A stretch of DNA of 49,856 nucleotides, from the IMG/VR virus record IMGVR_UViG_3300029003_000089; one strand, given 5' to 3'. The DNA is from a virus. Lineage: Duplodnaviria > Heunggongvirae > Uroviricota > Caudoviricetes. Of this stretch, positions 38,897 to 47,622 are shown in pieces. The stretch's first letter is position 1. Each line of letters opens with the position of its first letter. The notes beneath the pieces were generated by a model. It worked only from the letters and a program-made list of their open reading frames with translations, did no database searches and was not told the DNA's origin. The position numbers and the translations under genes were made by a program.

Positions 38897-39706
38897 TCAA
38901 TGAACGGTATCGAGCAGCTTTAACAGCTCAGGGAATCGGGATTCGAAGAAATGCGGCTGCGTCTCGCGCGGATTTGCAGGACTGGTGATGTTCTTGCCGA
39001 ACATGCAGCCTTTCGCCGTCAGCGACCAGAATTTTTTGATGTTGTTAATCGCGGTACGGCTGTATCGTTCGCGTTGTTCAACGATCCCCAGCTTCACCAT
39101 CTGGTGATATGCCTGATTAGCCGTCAGGCGGATACCATACTGCCTCAGCAGTGCACTCAGCGACAGCGTGGGGCGACTTGAGCCATCGTGTGCATCAGCA
39201 GGAGCATCAATGGCATAGCGCGGTGCCAGATTCGGTAAGCCAACAGCCTCCTGGAGTTTCTGACAGGCCCCAAGCACAGATGAGTTAGACAGGTTTAACT
39301 CCCGACGCATAAAGTCCAGCAGAATCACACCTGCCTGCATCTTGTCAGCAGCCTGCCCGGATAATTTTTCCGGTGCACTGACTACCATATCGAAAGTACG
39401 GATCACCTTCAGATGGAATGACGGACTGATCCACATTGCATAGGCATACACCAGTTCCTTGCAGACATAACTCCCCTGCTTAGGACCACCACGAACTGTA
39501 TTAACCGGACCGACACCCAAATTTTGGGTATCGGTCAATTCCTGAACAAGTTCAACAGTCTGTTGGCTGGAAAGAAACTTTCCCGGCTCCTTCGTTCTGG
39601 CATTTGCACCAGATGCTACTGCGGCACGATGCAGATCGTTCAGGCTGTAACGTCCATAAGCATCACGACGAACTTCAATACCATCAATGACCATCAGATT
39701 ATTCAT
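38897..39706 (-). CDS. KilA-N domain protein (antirepressor-like)
   Basis: 269 aa; N-terminal MVIDGIEVRRDAYGRYSLNDLHRAA...YAMWISPSFHLKVIRTF pattern typical of KilA-N. Confidence 0.55.
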   Translation of the reverse strand: MNNLMVIDGIEVRRDAYGRYSLNDLHRAAVASGANARTKEPGKFLSSQQTVELVQELTDTQNLGVGPVNTVRGGPKQGSYVCKELVYAYAMWISPSFHLKVIRTFDMVVSAPEKLSGQAADKMQAGVILLDFMRRELNLSNSSVLGACQKLQEAVGLPNLAPRYAIDAPADAHDGSSRPTLSLSALLRQYGIRLTANQAYHQMVKLGIVEQRERYSRTAINNIKKFWSLTAKGCMFGKNITSPANPRETQPHFFESRFPELLKLLDTVH

Positions 39707-39725
39707 ACTTCGTTTCTCCTCTTAA

Positions 39726-40115
39726 TCAGGCGGCTGCACCCGCCGTTTTCTCGTACTTACTGATAGTGATCTCGACCTTCCCTTCCGGGATAACCGGTCC
39801 CCACTCCACCAGCATTCTTTTCACCTGGCTGTCGTCTTCCCACACACCTGCGTGGGTCAGGGCGTCAAACAGCGCCTTGTTATAGTTATCCAGATCGCGG
39901 ATCCTGTTATCCGGAGGAAACAACACGATCTCCACTGAAGCAGGTGCCGACGTTGGTTTCGGCAGACGACGTAACTGCTCAACTATTGCTGCGCACGCCG
40001 CGCTCTGGAATTTTCGCCCCGCCGCGCTTATCAGGCTCTTACCTGCAAACGCCCCTTTGTTAGGGTGTCGCCAGTAAGTGTTCACGCTGGGCGGGAAAGG
40101 CAGGATAAGCTTCAT
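39726..40115 (-). CDS. rusA: RusA-like Holliday junction resolvase
   Basis: 129 aa; LPFPPSVNTYWRH...DLDNYNKALFDALTHAGVWEDDSQV matches RusA family. Confidence 0.8.
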   Translation of the reverse strand: MKLILPFPPSVNTYWRHPNKGAFAGKSLISAAGRKFQSAACAAIVEQLRRLPKPTSAPASVEIVLFPPDNRIRDLDNYNKALFDALTHAGVWEDDSQVKRMLVEWGPVIPEGKVEITISKYEKTAGAAA

Positions 40116-40438
40116 ACTTTCAGGCCCCTCTCATGTAACCAGTGAGTTGCACGCAGCCTGGCGTTTTCCTCACCGGCAAGCAGTGCGCGGATAATCCCGG
40201 CTGCCTCGCTGTCGTCGTCCTTCACTGTGGTATGAAGCGTGATACCCCGGGCCACGCCACGCTTTATCGTGATGACGCCTTTTTTCTCCAGTGAGCGAAG
40301 ATGCTCCACCGCTGCATTCACCGAACGGTATCCCAGCATGGCTGCCACCTCCTGATTGGTTGGCGGGAAACCACGTTCTTTCTGATAAGAAATCAGCATA
40401 TCCAGCACCTGCTGCTGGCATTGAGTTAACGTCGTCAT
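40112..40438 (-). CDS. LexA N-terminal DNA-binding-domain homolog lacking the peptidase domain
   Basis: LTQCQQQVLDMLISYQKERGFPPTNQEVAAMLGYRSVNAAVEHLRSLEKKGVITIKRGVARGITL parallels LexA residues 1-70; no S24 domain; probable start MTTLTQ. Confidence 0.65.
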   Translation of the reverse strand: MTTLTQCQQQVLDMLISYQKERGFPPTNQEVAAMLGYRSVNAAVEHLRSLEKKGVITIKRGVARGITLHTTVKDDDSEAAGIIRALLAGEENARLRATHWLHERGLKV

Positions 40439-40926
40439 TAACCCCCCACGTAATTCCCTGACAGATACCACTCATCACCCGATACAGCGCGCTTGCTGCT
40501 TTTCCGTAAACACTGCTCACGACGCGCCAGAAAATTGTTTCGTTCTGGCTGGGAGTGGCTTTCACGGAATGCCGCCATCCACACCGTTGCAGCACGACGG
40601 TATAAGCCCCTGGACTCTAGTTCTTCAGCCTGGCGGGTCAGGCACAAAATCACACGGGGATCGTTAGTGCCGACATAGAAATTGCGCACAGGTCTGGTTT
40701 CACGAACTGGTTGTGGTTCCGGCTCCTGTGCTCTCTCAGTCAGGCGCGGGAAATGTCTGCGTGTATCCCCTTCACAACGGTGAGCCACACGCCCACTCTG
40801 ACGTAACTTGCTTGCTGACTGCAGAACGCGCTGCCGTGAGTAACCAGCAAAAGCATCCGCAATGTCTCCGGAAGTACACCCCGGATGGGCTTCAATGAAT
40901 TTCTGAACTTCATTCAAAAGACTCAT
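40438..40926 (-). CDS. Hypothetical regulator with PerC-like C-terminal region
   Basis: 162 aa; AEELESRGLYRRAATVWMAAF...RREQCLRK resembles PerC family. Confidence 0.4.
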   Translation of the reverse strand: MSLLNEVQKFIEAHPGCTSGDIADAFAGYSRQRVLQSASKLRQSGRVAHRCEGDTRRHFPRLTERAQEPEPQPVRETRPVRNFYVGTNDPRVILCLTRQAEELESRGLYRRAATVWMAAFRESHSQPERNNFLARREQCLRKSSKRAVSGDEWYLSGNYVGG

Positions 40927-40928
40927 GA

Positions 40929-41747
40929 TTACCCCCTGAATCCTGCCGGGATCTGGCTGTAGTCCACGTTGTCGTAACTGGCTTTGAAGTACGGGTCCTC
41001 GCGTCTGGCTGCAGATACCGCAGGAACTTCCCAGGATTCTTCGAAATGACGATCCAGACCAAAGAACGTGACAGCCTGTTTCACAAATTGTGTGCCGCTG
41101 TTACCCATCGCAGATACCCAGCCCGCGTAGCGTTTCACACCTTCCAGCATGGTTTCGGGTTTTACCCCCTCATTCAAACGGGCTTTCCAGGCTTTGAAGG
41201 CTGCAGATTTTGAATTGCCACCAGCACGTTTGGGGTATGCCAGCCATGCCTGCTCAAACTCCGGAGAGTATTCCGGTCGGTTTGAACGAACTCGCACAGA
41301 CTCATCAGCAGATGCACCAACAGCTATTGGTTCATTGACTGGTTCTTTGACTGGTTCAAAAGAGTGACTGGTTCTGGGTGAATCCCCTGCACCACCCCCT
41401 GGTGCAACTCCTGCACTACCTGGTGAATTTGCTGCACCAGATAGTGAATTATTTGCACTACCCCCTAGTGAATCTCCTGCACCATCAAGATGAAGGAGAT
41501 AGATATTACTTGAGTTACCTTTTTCACCTTTCCGGGTGACTTTTTTTACCAGCCCGGAATCACAAAGGGCCGCAATATGATTCATCACAGAACGTTTGCT
41601 AATCTCGCACTGGTCAGCAATATGCTGGTAGCTGGGCCAGCACTCACCCTGATCGCTGGCATTATCAGCCAGCTTGATCAGAACCAGTTTTCGCAATGGA
41701 TTACCCACTCGAATTTTCATCGCTTTAACCATCAGCTCCATACTCAT
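40929..41747 (-). CDS. Replication initiator / replisome organiser with N-terminal winged HTH
   Basis: 272 aa; N-terminal HTH; internal DNA repeats (iterons) encoding a low-complexity Gly/Ser/Ala linker. Confidence 0.6.
   Translation of the reverse strand: MSMELMVKAMKIRVGNPLRKLVLIKLADNASDQGECWPSYQHIADQCEISKRSVMNHIAALCDSGLVKKVTRKGEKGNSSNIYLLHLDGAGDSLGGSANNSLSGAANSPGSAGVAPGGGAGDSPRTSHSFEPVKEPVNEPIAVGASADESVRVRSNRPEYSPEFEQAWLAYPKRAGGNSKSAAFKAWKARLNEGVKPETMLEGVKRYAGWVSAMGNSGTQFVKQAVTFFGLDRHFEESWEVPAVSAARREDPYFKASYDNVDYSQIPAGFRG
41335..41486. repeat. Origin-like iteron cluster inside replication initiator gene
   Basis: Three TGACTGGTTC repeats (41336-41374) then five ~21-bp GTGAAT(N3-4)CTGCAC-type repeats (41378-41486). 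Confidence 0.65.
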
Positions 41748-41968
41748 GCTGCACCTCCGAGATGCTTCATGTTTTTTCCGGAGCGAAAGGCTATAAGCGG
41801 CATACTGACGCGGTAACTACGGCCCAGCGGTTCACAAATCACCTTCTGACATTCACGGTCAACCAAGCTAACACGTAGAACATGCCCTGCAGGTGTGGTG
41901 TACCACTGACCCGGACGAGGACAACGGAAAGTCTGATTGGTAAACCGTTTGAAAATATTCCGGATCAT
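41744..41968 (-). CDS. Hypothetical small protein
   Basis: 74 aa ORF overlapping neighbours by 4 bp on both sides. Confidence 0.4.
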   Translation of the reverse strand: MIRNIFKRFTNQTFRCPRPGQWYTTPAGHVLRVSLVDRECQKVICEPLGRSYRVSMPLIAFRSGKNMKHLGGAA

Positions 41969-43113
41969 TTGCGCCCCCTTACCTCTGAAGGGTTCAGCGA
42001 CAAATTTATGAGGCAGGCCAGTGCCGAAGCATCATTAATATAGTCATACAAGCTAACAGCCAGCGGAGATTCGGCTTTTGCCAACATAGGATAAAGCTGC
42101 TGCAGCCAGACCTGATGAATTGATGAAATGTAGGAATAGAGAACGCTGGCGTTATGTGCAACGTCGCTCAGTACAGAGGGATTTGAAAGCTGTTTCTCCA
42201 TCTGGTTAAAGGCATTGATGTATGCCTCTTTGAACTGGGCAGCACGTTTACCCGTGAAACCCATAGCAAGAAACGCAAAGCCGTCGCGGGTTATTTGATA
42301 GCAAGGTAGTTTGCGGCCTGTGCAATCGGTGTAATCACTCACCGAAAAATTGCGGGAAGTGAATGATGCAGAGCATTCAAGCGTGCGGATCTTTTTCAGT
42401 ACATCGTCATGACGTTTGGAGAAGAAGTTGGCAACAGCCAGGGATGAAGTAACAGCCTGACCATCAACGATGGCAATTTCAGGTTGAGTGAGGGTTGGGA
42501 TCGTAGCCATGATGGCAGCCTCCGATAACAGTGAATTACCTTCACCACCGGAAACGCCAATTTCGCTGGTGGTGAACTGAACGGGGTTGGCGTAACCGGC
42601 GTTATCGGAAACCGGCGCACCTTTCGGTGCCCCCGTCCAGCCCACCATAATTTGGGTGTGCACAGACGCAGACGATAAAAAAGACGCTGGCGCGTCATAT
42701 ATCGCCGATAACATTTCCAGGACGCCAATCCCGGCACCCGCTTTATAAGGTGCCTGAACAGTGTAACGTCCCGGAATGGCAGAATCAATGTGCTGGTGGT
42801 CCTTCACACTCAACAAAATCACGCCTGAATTTCCACAAAGGACTAAAGCACTCATGCGGGTAGTCTTTGCGAAGATAGATAACGCGCTGTGTTTCTGGCT
42901 CCCAACGAATAACATGGACATAAAGCCCTCTTCCGTCACGAAACCAGCGGTTAAGTTCCTGCACAACTCGCCCCCCACAGTCAGGTAAAGTTCTCTGTGG
43001 TTACTTACAGACAGGTGATTTGGTAATCTGCATTCATGCCGTAACAACAGGTGTTCAGCGACACTGACCACCAGCTGTTGCGACAAACGGTTATTTGCCG
43101 TTAAACTGTTCAT
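41965..43113 (-). CDS. Rha-family phage regulatory protein with ~200-aa N-terminal extension of unknown function
   Basis: Rha-like block (AVANFFSKRHDDVLKKIRTL...YQITRDGFAFLAMGFTGKRAAQFKEAYINAF) at residues ~215-300; ATGA overlap with upstream gene at 43110-43113; alternative internal start at 42510 with GGAGG. Confidence 0.5.
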   Translation of the reverse strand: MNSLTANNRLSQQLVVSVAEHLLLRHECRLPNHLSVSNHRELYLTVGGELCRNLTAGFVTEEGFMSMLFVGSQKHSALSIFAKTTRMSALVLCGNSGVILLSVKDHQHIDSAIPGRYTVQAPYKAGAGIGVLEMLSAIYDAPASFLSSASVHTQIMVGWTGAPKGAPVSDNAGYANPVQFTTSEIGVSGGEGNSLLSEAAIMATIPTLTQPEIAIVDGQAVTSSLAVANFFSKRHDDVLKKIRTLECSASFTSRNFSVSDYTDCTGRKLPCYQITRDGFAFLAMGFTGKRAAQFKEAYINAFNQMEKQLSNPSVLSDVAHNASVLYSYISSIHQVWLQQLYPMLAKAESPLAVSLYDYINDASALACLINLSLNPSEVRGRK

Positions 43114-43661
43114 GCGTTAGTTTCTCCACAGACACAAAACGCCACGACGCCCGGAGCTGCACACTCGCGGGCGTCACTCTTTTCTGGAACGCAGAAAATT
43201 TTGTAGACCAGTGCCGCATGCTCCTGGAGCTTCGAAATCGACAGATACAACTCATCATTAATTGCTGTTTGTTCGTGTGGCTCCACTACCCCATCTTCGA
43301 TTGCCGAACGAATCTGCTTTGAGTAACTCCCGATCTGTTCAATGACTTCCAGCAGGCGTTGGTTGATATCAGCGTTCTCTACCTCCTCAATTTCAGGAAG
43401 TGATACAAACACCCCACCAGCAGACTGTGCGACAGCATCCGCAATGTAGTGAGTGCCAGCCGCGCGCTGTAAAATCATTGCCCATCCCAGCGGGAAAATC
43501 TGATCGCCATCTGCACGAAGGCGGTTGAATAAAGCGTTCTCTGTTACATCCAGCCAGTCAGCAGCTTCAGCGTAACCACCTGGCAATGCCGCGATAGTTT
43601 TTCTGACAGCTTTCACGTACCAGTCAGGTTGTTTTTCCACTTTCCAGTGATGCTTACCCAC
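43110..43661 (-). CDS. Hypothetical early regulatory protein (cII position)
   Basis: 183 aa; directly downstream of cro-like gene with overlapping start/stop. Confidence 0.4.
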   Translation of the reverse strand: MGKHHWKVEKQPDWYVKAVRKTIAALPGGYAEAADWLDVTENALFNRLRADGDQIFPLGWAMILQRAAGTHYIADAVAQSAGGVFVSLPEIEEVENADINQRLLEVIEQIGSYSKQIRSAIEDGVVEPHEQTAINDELYLSISKLQEHAALVYKIFCVPEKSDARECAAPGVVAFCVCGETNA

Positions 43662-43914
43662 GGCTTACCTCCTGTTCCTGTGGTTTAAACCCATTCTGGT
43701 TTTGGCTAGATTGAAAACGTGCCGGATAAAGAATCTGCATTTCGCTGATTTCACCCTTAAAAAAATTGGCTAGACGTTCTGCAAGATCGATAGATGGAAT
43801 TTGTTCCAGTCTTTCAATACGACTCAGCGTCGCTGGATTGACCTGAACGCCCGCAGCAACATGCTGCAAAGTAAATCCGTGCGCCTTACGCACATTTCGT
43901 AATGGTGATTGCAT
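43654..43914 (-). CDS. Cro-like XRE-family HTH regulator
   Basis: 86 aa; HTH GFTLQHVAAGVQVNPATLSRIER; divergent from repressor. Confidence 0.7.
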   Translation of the reverse strand: MQSPLRNVRKAHGFTLQHVAAGVQVNPATLSRIERLEQIPSIDLAERLANFFKGEISEMQILYPARFQSSQNQNGFKPQEQEVSRG

Positions 43915-44011
43915 ATAACCTCCACATATTGCGTGAGAAGCATATTATTTCACGCAAATATTTTGCGCAAGTTGATTTGCTTAACGCGCAATAAAGAAAT
44001 GTAATAAACGC
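43915..44011. promoter_or_regulatory. Divergent immunity promoter/operator region of prophage B
   Basis: Palindromes TTGCGTGA(N13)TCACGCAA (43929-43957), TTGCGCAA (43963-43970) and AACGCGCAA (43983-43991). Confidence 0.55.
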
Positions 44012-44704
44012 ATGAACATAGGAAATCGAGTCAGACAACTTCGCCAGGCGAAGAACATGAAAATCGCCGATCTCGCTGAAGCAATAGGAGTGGATGCGGC
44101 GAATATCTCACGCCTGGAAACAGGTAAGCAGAAACAATTCACTGAACAAGCCCTGAGTAATATTGCCAGGAGCTTAGGTGTTGATATTGCTGATCTCTTT
44201 ACCTCAGACCTCAAAAGTAATACTGTATATAAAAACAGTATTAGTGAGGATGTTGCGCAGGTGAAGGATGTATTCCGTATTGAAATGCTGGATGTCAGTG
44301 CCAGTGCGGGAAATGGCCTTATCCAAGGCGGTGATGTCATTGATGTGATTCATGCCATTGAATACAGAACTGATAATGCTGTATCGATGTTTGGCGGACG
44401 GCCAGCCAATCACATTAAAGTTATCAACGTTCGTGGGGACAGTATGTGTCCAACCATTGAGCCAGGAGATCTCATCTTCGTTGATGTAAGTATCAATCAG
44501 TTTGATGGGGATGGTATCTATGTATTTGGTTTTGATGATAAAATTTATGTCAAACGACTGCAAATGATACCTGACAAACTACTGGTGATTTCTGATAACC
44601 AGATTTACCGTGAATGGGGAATTACCAGCGAAAATGAACACCGGTTTATGGTCTTTGGAAAGGTCTTAATCAGCCAGTCACAAACCCTTAAGCGACACAA
44701 TTAA
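44012..44704 (+). CDS. CI-like repressor, HTH plus S24 peptidase domain
   Basis: 230 aa; C-terminal domain closely parallels the prophage A repressor; N-terminal HTH differs (heteroimmune). Confidence 0.85.
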   Translation: MNIGNRVRQLRQAKNMKIADLAEAIGVDAANISRLETGKQKQFTEQALSNIARSLGVDIADLFTSDLKSNTVYKNSISEDVAQVKDVFRIEMLDVSASAGNGLIQGGDVIDVIHAIEYRTDNAVSMFGGRPANHIKVINVRGDSMCPTIEPGDLIFVDVSINQFDGDGIYVFGFDDKIYVKRLQMIPDKLLVISDNQIYREWGITSENEHRFMVFGKVLISQSQTLKRHN

Positions 44705-44860
44705 CCCTTACCTCCTCATCAATTAGCCACCCGAAGGTGGCTTTTCATTACTCACAAAATTGCACATCTCGCAATAAAAACACTTGCATAATGCGCAACT
44801 TCATTTTATCTTTCTTTCCAGACCAACAAACAAGGTACTAACAAAATTTGGTTGTAACAC

Positions 44861-45185
44861 GGCGTATGGCACATGCGTCGTTAGCGGTCTGGGGACGTTA
44901 AAGGGGACAATCCACTCCTTGCTCGGGCAAACAAACCAGGTAGCCGGAATGTGCAAGTCAATGATGATGCTGATAAGACGCCTAACCAGCGTGGCGATCC
45001 GGTTTGACGCCTGGGAAGAGACCAGGGTGCAACGATGAGGGCATTTATGGAGCCGCGACAAAGTGTGGTGCCGTAACTGGCTAAGTGCTCTCAGCGTTGT
45101 GGTAATCCGCGAAATGGCGCGGCGGTAAGTATGGCGGGGTTACTCTTTCCCCGTTGAGGACACCGGATTGTCAGGTTGACCATAC
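44861..45185 (+). ncRNA. Candidate structured non-coding RNA region downstream of repressor gene
   Basis: GC-rich ~325 nt with no convincing ORF, bounded by 9-bp inverted repeat GGCGTATGG (44861-44869) / CCATACGCC (45177-45185); followed by strong terminator. Confidence 0.25.
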
Positions 45186-45223
45186 GCCTGAGTGACAACC
45201 CCACCACAACAGCCACTGCTTTG

Positions 45224-45270
45224 GCGGTACCAGCTTGTACCCTTGCTTCCGGCTGGTACCGCTCTTTTTA
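45224..45270 (+). terminator. Strong rho-independent terminator
   Basis: 11-bp perfect stem gcggtaccagc / gctggtaccgc, 17-nt loop, then TCTTTTTA. Confidence 0.7.
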
Positions 45271-45406
45271 CAAAACAGAGAAGAGCATCACCGGACGACA
45301 GGCTCATAACCCAATCCATCCGGGCGGCTGCCACCACAGGTGTTCTTCTCTGTTTTGTGGAGAAACTAATCGGCCTTGCAGGGCCGATATGATGAGGAGC
45401 AGCAAA

Positions 45407-45769
45407 ATGGCTAGCGAACGCAGTACTGATGTGCAGGCATTTATCGGGGAGCTGGACGGCGGCGTATTTGAAACCAAAATCGGCGCAGTTCTCAGTGAAG
45501 TCGCTTCAGGTGTGATGAACACGAAAACCAAAGGTAAGGTCTCACTCAACCTGGAAATCGAACCATTTGATGAGAACCGTGTGAAAATCAAACACAAACT
45601 CTCATATGTTCGCCCGACTAACCGCGGGAAAATTTCCGAAGAAGACACCACCGAAACGCCGATGTATGTCAATCGCGGTGGTCGCCTGACTATTCTGCAG
45701 GAAGACCAGGGACAATTACTGACTCTTGCCGGTGAGCCTGACGGAAAACTCCGCGCAGCAGGTCATTAA
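45407..45769 (+). CDS. YfdP-like hypothetical protein
   Basis: ATG at 45407 with AGGAG 8 nt upstream gives 120 aa; size and neighbourhood resemble CPS-53 yfdP-yfdQ-yfdR. Confidence 0.45.
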   Translation: MASERSTDVQAFIGELDGGVFETKIGAVLSEVASGVMNTKTKGKVSLNLEIEPFDENRVKIKHKLSYVRPTNRGKISEEDTTETPMYVNRGGRLTILQEDQGQLLTLAGEPDGKLRAAGH

Positions 45770-45834
45770 TATCGTTCTTAATTAACTGATTATTTATCTC
45801 ATCACTGAATATCTTAATATAGTGAGGACTTATT

Positions 45835-46659
45835 ATGTCTCAGAACTTAGACGCAACCGCAATTAATCAAATCCATGCCCTTATTTCTGCTCAGGGTGTT
45901 AATGAAATTATCAGTAAGATTGGTGCCGATGCTGTGGCATTGCCTGAGAATTTCCGCATTCATGATCTGGAAAAATTTAATTTAAATCGCTTCCGTTTCC
46001 GTGGTGCGCTTTCCACTGCCAGCATCGATGACTTTACCCGTTATTCTAAAGATCTTGCAGATGAAGGCACCCGCTGCTTTATCGATGCTGATAATATGCG
46101 TGCCGTCAGTGTGCTTAACCTGGGTACTATTAATGAACCAGGTCACGCAGATAACACCGCCACTCTCAAACTGAAAAAGACAGCACCGTTCTCTGCACTG
46201 TTGTCTGTTAACAGCGAGCGTAACTCCCAGAAGTCACTGGCAGAATGGATTGAAGACTGGGCCGACTACCTTGTGGGTTTTGATGCTAATGGTGACGCTA
46301 TCCAGGCAACAAAAGCGGCTGCGGCTGTCCGTAAAATCACGATTGAAGCAAACCAGACCGCTGATTTTGAAGATAATGACTTCAGCGGCAAACGCTCCCT
46401 GATGGAGTCTGTCGAAGCGAAGACCAAAGACATTATGCCAGTGGCATTTGAATTTAAATGCGTTCCGTTTGAAGGTCTGAAAGAACGTTCTTTTAAATTA
46501 CGCCTCAGCATTATCACTGGCGATCGTCCTGTACTTGTTCTGCGCATTATTCAACTGGAGGCGGTGCAGGAAGAAATGGCTAACGAATTTCGCGATCTGC
46601 TTGTTGAGAAATTCAAAGACAGCAAAGTAGAAACCTTTATTGGTACTTTCACCGCCTGA
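45835..46659 (+). CDS. YfdQ-like protein (DUF2303-type)
   Basis: 274 aa ORF; same length as remembered YfdQ; operon position. Confidence 0.5.
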   Translation: MSQNLDATAINQIHALISAQGVNEIISKIGADAVALPENFRIHDLEKFNLNRFRFRGALSTASIDDFTRYSKDLADEGTRCFIDADNMRAVSVLNLGTINEPGHADNTATLKLKKTAPFSALLSVNSERNSQKSLAEWIEDWADYLVGFDANGDAIQATKAAAAVRKITIEANQTADFEDNDFSGKRSLMESVEAKTKDIMPVAFEFKCVPFEGLKERSFKLRLSIITGDRPVLVLRIIQLEAVQEEMANEFRDLLVEKFKDSKVETFIGTFTA

Positions 46660-46787
46660 TTTGATTACTGCAAATGCCCCTGCGGGGGCATTTATGGAAA
46701 CGTAATTAACTCAATAATCGCCGGATGGTGAGGGCTTCCTTTTACCAGAATTCAGTGCGGTGCAGCGCAAATAACGTGGAGAACAAA

Positions 46788-47321
46788 ATGTCATTTATTA
46801 AAACTTTTTCTGGGAAGCATTTTTATTATGAAAGGATAAATAAAGACGACATCGATATTAACGATATCGCGGTTTCCCTTTCAAATATCTGTCGCTTTGC
46901 CGGTCATCTTTCGCACTTCTACAGCGTCGCCCAACATGCGGTGCTTTGCAGCCAGCTGGTACCGCAGGAATTTGCTTTTGAAGCGTTAATGCATGATGCA
47001 ACAGAAGCGTATTGCCAGGACATCCCCGCACCACTGAAACGCCTTCTTCCTGACTATAAACGGATNNNNNNNNNNNNNNNNNNNNNNNNNNNNNNNNNNN
47101 NNNNNNNNNNNNNNNNNNNNNNNNNNNNNNNNNNNNNNNNNNNNNNNNNNNNNNNNNNNNNNNNNNNNNNNNNTCGGGCTTGATGATGGCTCTTTCTGGC
47201 CTGTACTGGAAGGTATCCCGGCAACAGAGATGTTCAACGTGATTCCACTGGCACCGGGCCATGCCTACGGGATGTTTATGGAACGTTTTAAAGAGCTGCA
47301 TAAGATGCATAAGCAATCCTA
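46788..47321 (+). CDS. YfdR-like HD-domain phosphohydrolase, interrupted by assembly gap
   Basis: N-terminal part MSFIKTF...CRFAGHLSHFYSVAQHAVL...MHDATEAY (HD-type motifs) before the N run; C-terminal part ...FNVIPLAPGHAYGMFMERFKELHKMHKQS-stop after it. Confidence 0.5.
47066..47173. other. Run of 108 N (assembly/scaffold gap)
   Basis: Literal n characters in sequence. Confidence 0.99.
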
Positions 47322-47376
47322 ACTGCGAAATTAACTAGTGAAATAGTTTTGTAGCAAAAGAAATGAGGTTATCAAA

Positions 47377-47622
47377 ATGCTTCAAATGCTGACACTTGAG
47401 GAATGGGCTGCGGAAAAATTTAGGAGTAACCCTCCAAGTGTGTCCACATTGCGTCGTTATGCTAAGCAGAATTTATTTTGTCCACCGGCAATGAAACAAG
47501 GTCGACTATGGCGAGTACGTGAGGACGCAGAGTTAGTTGGAGAATTAGTTACTCCTGTCATTAAGAAAAGTGATTCTATTATTCTACAAAGGATTTTAAG
47601 TAATGGCAGCCAGACCACGTAA
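47377..47622 (+). CDS. xis: Excisionase (Xis-like)
   Basis: 81 aa; paralog of the 10014-10250 product (TLEEWAAEKF...LRRYAKQ...PPAMKQGRLW). Confidence 0.6.
   Translation: MLQMLTLEEWAAEKFRSNPPSVSTLRRYAKQNLFCPPAMKQGRLWRVREDAELVGELVTPVIKKSDSIILQRILSNGSQTT

Noticed and set aside
42511-43113. A separate gene occupying the first ~600 bp of the long Rha-containing ORF
   Set aside because: There is no stop codon between this segment and the Rha domain in the same frame, so an independent upstream gene would read through; kept as a single ORF with a possible internal start.
44784-45061. ORFs 44784-45038 (plus) and 44801-45061 (minus) in the region downstream of the prophage B repressor
   Set aside because: No ribosome-binding site and implausible composition; the region is better explained as structured non-coding sequence (reported separately as a low-confidence ncRNA candidate).
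47066-47173. N run as a biologically meaningful feature
   Set aside because: Ambiguity characters indicate an assembly gap, not sequence.
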